In this document: positions 39,534 through 45,282 of the stretch, piece after piece | How the letters are laid out: every line of letters begins with the position of its first letter | Numbering within the stretch: the stretch's first letter is position 1 | Assembly (NCBI GenBank): GCA_964014485.1 | Contig: CAXHAT010000043.1 | Span: 1 to 45,282, forward strand | Direction of reading: 5' to 3' | From: an uncultured Deferribacteres bacterium | GTDB lineage: Bacteria > Zhuqueibacterota > Zhuqueibacteria > Zhuqueibacterales > Geothermadaptataceae | DNA length: 45,282 nt | Notes under the pieces: model-generated | What the model saw: only the letters and a program-made list of their open reading frames with translations | The model's database searches: none | What the model was told of the DNA's origin: nothing | Made by a program: the position numbers and the translations under genes

Positions 39534-39896
39534 ATGCCCGCCGGACTCTCCCTTGCTGACGAAATTTCCGAGTTTGTGCAACGTTATGCGCAAAACGGTA
39601 AAGACCTGCCTTACTATATCAATCTCGCATTCAGCATCGACAGGCGATCTGAAGCTTGGCATGCACGTCTGGATAACGGGCAAGCCATGCGCGGCTTTCA
39701 CCGATCTGCGCCCATCACCATGATGCTCTCCCTTAAGCTGTGGCGAGACCTGATGAAAAAAAACAAGATCGCACTTTGGGACGAAGCCGTTTCCTCCGGC
39801 CAAATCAGCATCCACGGCGATGAGACTGCGATTGTCGCGATGCGAGACTTGTTCAACGTCAACGGACGGCCAAACGACGCTTCCCCAGAAAATTAA
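39534..39896 (+). CDS. SCP2 (sterol carrier)-like fold protein
   Basis: GAGG RBS; EAVSSGQISIHGD resembles the SCP2 A..SG.I.I.GD motif. Confidence 0.55.
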   Translation: MPAGLSLADEISEFVQRYAQNGKDLPYYINLAFSIDRRSEAWHARLDNGQAMRGFHRSAPITMMLSLKLWRDLMKKNKIALWDEAVSSGQISIHGDETAIVAMRDLFNVNGRPNDASPEN

Positions 39897-40006
39897 TTCG
39901 CGCTTTGGAAAACTCGCTCACCCGAAAAAGGTTTTCGTTGGCTGGCTTTTGGACGACGGAATAAATGCTTGCTTTGGGCTGACCAGAGTTTTACATTTCG
40001 CGGCCT

Positions 40007-40813
40007 ATGGAAATCCTAAACAAACTCCCGGCGAAACGTTTCCGGGAAATCGACGACCTTCTTGCCTTTATCAGCATCTACGACGACCAGCGCCGGACAG
40101 AATCCTATTTCAAAATGTTAGAAGCCAACGCCGCCAAAATTGAAGGCGCCGTTTGCGTTGAAGCGGGGTGCGGGCTTGGAGTGTTCTCGTCAAAAATGGC
40201 GGAATTGGGGGCAAAAAAAGTGTACGCTGTTGAACAAAACCCAATCCTGGCGCGATTAGCAAAGCAGCGGCTAAAGGCCTTTAAAAACGTTGAGGTCGTT
40301 CATGCGCCAATCCAGACATTTCTTCCTTCCGAGCCTGTGGATCTCTTACTTCATGAATTTTACGGCCAACTTTTGTATGACGAAGATTTGTATGCGCTCA
40401 AGCATTTGCGGTTTTCGCCACGTGAGATTATGCCTGACGGCGGCGCATTACTTTGCGGCGCCGCGGCTTTTGAAGATTACGCGGACGAGCATGTGACCCC
40501 GGATGCGATTGCGGCTCTCAAGAACGCGCTTGTGGCGGGGTTATTTGAAAGCGACGAAGATGATTTGCAAACGCCTGTCCTGAAATGGCGCGCCGGCGAG
40601 GCGTTCCCCGAAAAACAACAAATCAACATTGAAAAAGTTGCCGGTAACTTGGTCGTTTTTGGCGTGCAAGTCACACACGGCGGTGAGCAAATTTGCCTCG
40701 CCGACCAATGTGACAATTGGGCGACTGTCTGGACGCCGAGATGCGGGAACGCATTCGAAATCGGTTTTCAAAATCAGCATGTCGGCGAAGAAGTCACTTT
40801 TCGGTGGCTCTAG
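40007..40813 (+). CDS. Class I SAM methyltransferase, protein-arginine methyltransferase (PRMT)-like
   Basis: D..RT..Y; EAGCGLG; VYAVE; VDLLLHEFYGQLLYDE; IMPD. Confidence 0.8.
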   Translation: MEILNKLPAKRFREIDDLLAFISIYDDQRRTESYFKMLEANAAKIEGAVCVEAGCGLGVFSSKMAELGAKKVYAVEQNPILARLAKQRLKAFKNVEVVHAPIQTFLPSEPVDLLLHEFYGQLLYDEDLYALKHLRFSPREIMPDGGALLCGAAAFEDYADEHVTPDAIAALKNALVAGLFESDEDDLQTPVLKWRAGEAFPEKQQINIEKVAGNLVVFGVQVTHGGEQICLADQCDNWATVWTPRCGNAFEIGFQNQHVGEEVTFRWL

Positions 40814-40848
40814 CTCTGTTCGTATTTCATCATCTTCGCCCTTATGGA

Positions 40849-41080
40849 TACTGTTGGCGAATTCAAAATTCACGGGGAAGGTAGATGATGCGAGGAGATT
40901 CTTATTAGCTGCGCGCTTCAGCGCGTAGGAATGAGCGCAAATTCATCCCTCTTTTCCTCCCGCCGAGTTAACTCGGCGGGAGGAAAAGAAGAGCGCCCGA
41001 CCAAGTCCACGCTCTGAAGCGCGCGGCTAATGAAATGTCCGGGCAGTCAGGACTGAACGATCCGGAATTCGCCAACAGTA
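40849..41080. mobile_element. MITE-like nested palindromic element
   Basis: 16-bp TIR tactgttggcgaattc / gaattcgccaacagta; inner IR 40904-40926 / 41009-41031; perfect 40-bp palindrome 40950-40989. Confidence 0.7.
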
Positions 41081-41228
41081 TATCCTTATGCGCGAGGAAA
41101 ACTTCGGCGGCAGTCTATATCACAAAGCGTGCTGACGGGCTCTTGCTTAAGCACGAATGATATAAAAATCGATGATAGGTTTCTTTATTGTTGACTCAAA
41201 TTTCCTGCAAACAAAACAGGAGGATTTT

Positions 41229-43553
41229 ATGCAGTCTTTTTACAAAAACGTGTTGAAGTTCGCAGTTTGTGTTGCCGTGATTGGCGTTTTGGGGACGTCC
41301 AACCTTGCCGCGCAAAAGATCAGCGAAATTCGGCCTTACGACGAAATGGTGCTCGACGCGTCAAGCTTTCCAGCTCTGTCCGGCGACTCGGTTGCGGTCG
41401 GCGATCTTTGTATGATGGCGTATGACGCGATGAGCGACGCCTGGAGAGTCGTCCCGTTTCAAATCGACCAAAAAGATACGAGCGGCTCATTCTTCGGCGA
41501 ATTTGACAATTTCCTGGACGACAACGATCAATTGGTTTTCGTCTCCCGCGATTTTGGCGATCAAGCGCCGTTCAACGCCTGGGTGGACGACGCGGAAGCG
41601 CGGTCGCACGAGCGTTATGAGTTCGAGTTCGTCGACACGCTCAACCCCGGCGCGACCGGCTATCTTTATCTCTACCGCTCTTCGACTATCGACAAAAGCG
41701 GCATGACCAGCTACATGCGCTACGCCCCGGCCCCGACGGGAGAAGCCGTTGTCGCTGACACCGTTGCGGGCTTTAGTTATGTGCAAGGGCATGAGAATTT
41801 TGGCGGGCTGCCGAATTATGTCAGCTCAAAATCGACCAACGGCGTTTCAGCGCTTCAAGACGTCAATTTCGTTGACAGGCTCAAAATCCGCGTCAATGCG
41901 TCAGTCAGATTGGGGCTCATCACAATACCCTTAAATCTCAAAGAAGACAGTTTCGAAGGCATTGCTTTGCAGGTCAAATCGGGGCCGGTCAGGGTTTTGC
42001 GTGAAACGGAAAATCAAGTCACGCTTTTGGGCTCGCCGGTATTTTCAACAAAAATACTTGTCAAATTTTATCCCTTCTCTTCTATTCTCTCCGCTAATCT
42101 CGACCTGCCGACGGACATCAATTTTAAACTATTACGCGTGAGTGTGGATTTGAACAATGCGGCCACCGGCGCCACTTTTTATAATCACGCCAATGGCGCA
42201 ACCACAATTGACGGCGCTTTCGATGACGTTGACCGCTCGATTCTGCTCTCGCCTGAGCTGAACTGGGACGTCTCGTCGGGAAGCTTTGGCGCTTATGTCA
42301 AAATCGTGGAGCTGGATGTGAGCCAACTCGTGAACAGTCAAGCGCGGTACTATTATCACGACGACGCCAGCGGAACGGACGACGGTACGGACGACACGGG
42401 AGACCTCATGTCATTCGCGGATGCAGGCGTTTTGGTCACCGGCGATCAGATGTCCGGGCTTTTCCCGGTTTTCATCAAAAACTATATTTTCCCTCCAGAC
42501 GTTTCGACGCAATTTGCGTTTTCGTCCATCGCGGCGGCGGACGACAGCGCCAAAGGGCCATTGCTCGCAGCGCAAGTTTCCAACCCAATCGGCCAGATTT
42601 TACGTTTGCAAGGCTTCGACGCTACGGCGCCGGGCGCGATCACGGACTTGGGCGTGTTGAACATGACCGAGACCAACATTTCGCTCGGCTGGACGGCCTC
42701 CGGCGATGACGGCGACGGCAATGGCGCAGCAACTTCTTACACGCTCTACTACTCCACCACGCCCGTTGGCGACGATATTCCGGCCTGGATTAGTACTGCG
42801 CAAACGGCGACCGACCTGCCTGCTCCCGGGGCGCCGGGCGCTTCCGAAACTTACACTGTTGAGGGACTGAACGCCCAAGATACTTATTATTTTGTTCTCA
42901 CCACGACGGATGATTTTGGAAACGTGTCCGATTTTTCAAATGTCGCGAGCGGCGTCGCCGTTCCGGTTGAATTGGCGGCGTTTCAAGCGCAGGTGAGTAA
43001 TAACGAGGTCAATTTAACCTGGCAGACGGCTTCTGAAACAAACAACGCCGGGTTTGCCGTCGAGCGGAAATTAGACGCGAACGGCGCGGAGTGGATCGAA
43101 GTCGGCTTCATCGACGGGCGCGGCACTACGGCGCAAGCACAGGCCTACCAGTTCAGCGATGTTGTTAACGAACCCGGTGTTTATCTTTATCGTTTGCGTC
43201 AAATCGATTTCGACGGAGCGTTCGAATATTCAGGCGAACTCCGCGTCAGCGTCGCCGTCCCGACGGAATTGCAATTGGCGCAGAACTATCCGAATCCGTT
43301 CAAACAAGGCACAGGTTCAACAATCCGCTATTCATTGCCGGATCGACGCAATCTTTCCGTCGCCCTGCGCATCGTCAATGTGCTCGGGCAGCAAATCGGC
43401 GCTTTGGTGAACGAGGAGCAGCAAGCCGGATACTACCAGATTACCTGGAACGGTCGCCTCGAAAACGGCTCGCGCGTCCCGCCGGGCATTTACTTTCTCG
43501 TGCTTGAAACGATTGATGCGAGAACGGTGCGCAAGCTTTCGATTCTGCCGTAA
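41229..43553 (+). CDS. Secreted protein with unknown N-terminal domain, FN3 domain and FlgD-Ig/T9SS-like C-terminal domain
   Basis: GGAGG RBS; signal peptide; APGAITDL..WTASGDD FN3; PVELAAF..WQTASE; QNYPNPF..GIYF. Confidence 0.88.
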   Translation: MQSFYKNVLKFAVCVAVIGVLGTSNLAAQKISEIRPYDEMVLDASSFPALSGDSVAVGDLCMMAYDAMSDAWRVVPFQIDQKDTSGSFFGEFDNFLDDNDQLVFVSRDFGDQAPFNAWVDDAEARSHERYEFEFVDTLNPGATGYLYLYRSSTIDKSGMTSYMRYAPAPTGEAVVADTVAGFSYVQGHENFGGLPNYVSSKSTNGVSALQDVNFVDRLKIRVNASVRLGLITIPLNLKEDSFEGIALQVKSGPVRVLRETENQVTLLGSPVFSTKILVKFYPFSSILSANLDLPTDINFKLLRVSVDLNNAATGATFYNHANGATTIDGAFDDVDRSILLSPELNWDVSSGSFGAYVKIVELDVSQLVNSQARYYYHDDASGTDDGTDDTGDLMSFADAGVLVTGDQMSGLFPVFIKNYIFPPDVSTQFAFSSIAAADDSAKGPLLAAQVSNPIGQILRLQGFDATAPGAITDLGVLNMTETNISLGWTASGDDGDGNGAATSYTLYYSTTPVGDDIPAWISTAQTATDLPAPGAPGASETYTVEGLNAQDTYYFVLTTTDDFGNVSDFSNVASGVAVPVELAAFQAQVSNNEVNLTWQTASETNNAGFAVERKLDANGAEWIEVGFIDGRGTTAQAQAYQFSDVVNEPGVYLYRLRQIDFDGAFEYSGELRVSVAVPTELQLAQNYPNPFKQGTGSTIRYSLPDRRNLSVALRIVNVLGQQIGALVNEEQQAGYYQITWNGRLENGSRVPPGIYFLVLETIDARTVRKLSILP

Positions 43554-43596
43554 ACGGTAAACATGCCGCTATAACGATTAATCAAAAGGATCTGCA

Positions 43597-43749
43597 ATGG
43601 AAGTTTTCGGAATATTGGGATTCACAATTGGCGGCAGCGCCATGACTTTTGCTATAATTGCATGGAGCCAAATAGCCAGCGTTAAAAAAGAACTTGATGA
43701 GTTGAAAAAAAGCCTGGAAACGTCAGGCGTTCTCAAAACTCAAAAATGA
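43597..43749 (+). CDS. 50-aa single-TM protein with coiled-coil-like tail (absent from the ORF track)
   Basis: AAGGA RBS; MEVFGILGFTIGGSAMTFAIIAWSQIASVKKELDELKKSLETSGVLKTQK. Confidence 0.65.
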   Translation: MEVFGILGFTIGGSAMTFAIIAWSQIASVKKELDELKKSLETSGVLKTQK

Positions 43750-43811
43750 TTCTGAAAAGTCATCGCCCAAATTCACAATGGAACTAGGCGGCGACTTCAT
43801 TGTTTTACGCC

Positions 43812-43850
43812 AACCCTGCCGCACCGCGTGTGACGGCAGGGTTTTTATTT
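43812..43850 (+). terminator. Intrinsic terminator
   Basis: aaccctgccg..cggcagggtt followed by tttattt. Confidence 0.75.
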
Positions 43851-43869
43851 GATTTCAAGAGGAAAGCCA

Positions 43870-44910
43870 ATGCCTGTAACAACGCTGGAGTGGGTGAATA
43901 ACAAAGTTCGGATGATCGACCAGACTTTGCTCCCGAATGAACTCAAACATCTGGAAATCGATGATCTCGAAACATTGGCGGAAGCGATCAAAAGCCTCCG
44001 CGTACGCGGCGCGCCCGCGATTGGCCTGACGGCGGCTTTCGGCGTGCTTATTGGGGTGCAAAGCGCTTCAGACGATAAAACCGCGTTTTTTGAGCAATTG
44101 CGCGAAGCAACCGAATTCTTGAGAAAAACCCGCCCCACCGCCGTCAACCTTGGCTGGGCTTTGGACCGAATGCTCGCTTGCGCGGAGACGCATCGTGAAA
44201 AATCAGTTGGCGAAATTAGACGCGTTCTTGAAAACGAAGCGTTGCGAATGTACGAGGAAGACATTCAGACCAATCGCAAGATCGGCGCAATCGGCGCTGA
44301 AGTCGTGCCGGAAAATGCACAAATTATTACCCACTGCAACACGGGCGCTTTGGTGACAGCGGATTACGGCACGGCTCTGGGCGTCATTTTTTCCGCCCAT
44401 GAAACGGGCAAAAAGCCGCACGTTTGGGTTGATGAAACGCGACCGTTGCTGCAAGGCGCGAGATTGAACATGTGGGAATTGATGAACGAGAACATTCCTG
44501 CCACGCTGATTTGCGACAATATGGCCGCCTTTGTGATGCAAAAGCATAAGATTGATTTATGCATCGTCGGCGCGGATCGAATTGCGAGCAACGGGGACAC
44601 AGCTAATAAAATCGGCACCTATGGTTTGGCGGTTGCGGCCAACCACCACGGCGTACCGTTCTATGTTGCCGCGCCTATCAGCACGATTGATTTCAAAATC
44701 ACCGACGGCTCAGGAATCCCGATTGAGGAACGCCCTGCACACGAAATCACCGAAGGTTTTGGCAGAAGAACGGCTCCGACAGGCTCTCAGGTCTACTCCC
44801 CGGCGTTCGACGTAACGCCAAACGAACTTATCGCGGGAATTATTACCGAGGCCGGAATCATACGTCCGCCGTACGATCATCGCATCCCGCCGTTGGCAAA
44901 AAACGCTTGA
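43870..44910 (+). CDS. mtnA: S-methyl-5-thioribose-1-phosphate isomerase
   Basis: VRGAPAIG, RPTAVNL, THCNTGAL, ETRPLLQGARL, GADRIA.NGDTANKIG, PAFDVTP. Confidence 0.96.
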   Translation: MPVTTLEWVNNKVRMIDQTLLPNELKHLEIDDLETLAEAIKSLRVRGAPAIGLTAAFGVLIGVQSASDDKTAFFEQLREATEFLRKTRPTAVNLGWALDRMLACAETHREKSVGEIRRVLENEALRMYEEDIQTNRKIGAIGAEVVPENAQIITHCNTGALVTADYGTALGVIFSAHETGKKPHVWVDETRPLLQGARLNMWELMNENIPATLICDNMAAFVMQKHKIDLCIVGADRIASNGDTANKIGTYGLAVAANHHGVPFYVAAPISTIDFKITDGSGIPIEERPAHEITEGFGRRTAPTGSQVYSPAFDVTPNELIAGIITEAGIIRPPYDHRIPPLAKNA

Positions 44911-45038
44911 TTTGTTACGGCGTTGCGTCTATATTTGTCGGCTCATTAATAGAATTAATCAAATAATTTTCAATCATTCACGACTGGATGCGCTTGACCG
45001 GCCGCCGGTTCTCATTTTACCAACTGGAGAGAGGGAAA

Positions 45039-45282
45039 ATGAAAAACTTACGCTTCTTATTTGCCGTTCTCATCGTCAGCGGAGCGGCGCTCACTTGGGG
45101 ATGCCAATCCAAGGAAGTTACTTCCGCAAAAGTCTATATCCAGCAAAATGATTGGGATAACGCCATCATCCAGCTCGAATCGTCAATTGAAGCGGGCAAG
45201 GGCAATTCCGAAGCTCACTACCTTTTGGGCAGAGCCTACGGGCAGAAAGGACGCATTGAAGATATGGTGGAGTCCTTTGAAG
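45039..45282 (+). CDS. TPR lipoprotein, truncated by the window end
   Basis: MKNLRFLFAVLIVSGAALTWG-C then TSAKVYIQQ..EAHYLLGRAYG TPR-like segment; frame open to the end. Confidence 0.75.
   Translation, partial: MKNLRFLFAVLIVSGAALTWGCQSKEVTSAKVYIQQNDWDNAIIQLESSIEAGKGNSEAHYLLGRAYGQKGRIEDMVESFE

Noticed and set aside
154..44815. Numerous overlapping antisense or alternate-frame ORFs (e.g. 412..1326, 1646..2695, 28158..29246, 32355..33074)
   Set aside because: Shadows of strongly supported genes in GC-rich coding DNA, with no motifs of their own
43870..44910. eIF2B-like eukaryotic signature protein
   Set aside because: The motifs are those of ordinary bacterial MtnA

Overview
Bacterial chromosomal window. 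The secreted proteins end in a 'QNYPNPF' FlgD-Ig/T9SS type-A-like tail, and there is a hybrid two-component sensor; together these suggest an FCB-group organism such as KSB1 or Calditrichota (inference only). From left to right the window holds: two tandem secreted modular proteins sharing a C-terminal cassette (one with two 7-bladed FG-GAP propellers); three orphan MacB/FtsX-type duplicated ABC permeases, two behind a matching sigma-54-like promoter with a tandem upstream box, interleaved with PIN toxin-antitoxin pairs, AT-rich cargo and gene remnants; TRAP dctQM; a DUF1080 protein; a serine hydrolase; a DinB-like protein; a hybrid two-component sensor; an M28 peptidase; an outer-membrane barrel divergent from tolQ/tolR/tonB-like genes; a co-directional group of an Arg-tailed small protein, an exported TPR-CHAT protease, an SCP2-like protein and a methyltransferase with eukaryotic PRMT motifs; a secreted FN3 protein; mtnA; and a truncated TPR lipoprotein. 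Intergenic DNA is rich in REP-like palindromes, several wrapped in MITE-like terminal inverted repeats. No rRNA, tRNA, CRISPR array, integrase or transposase was seen. All calls are by eye and no database search was run.
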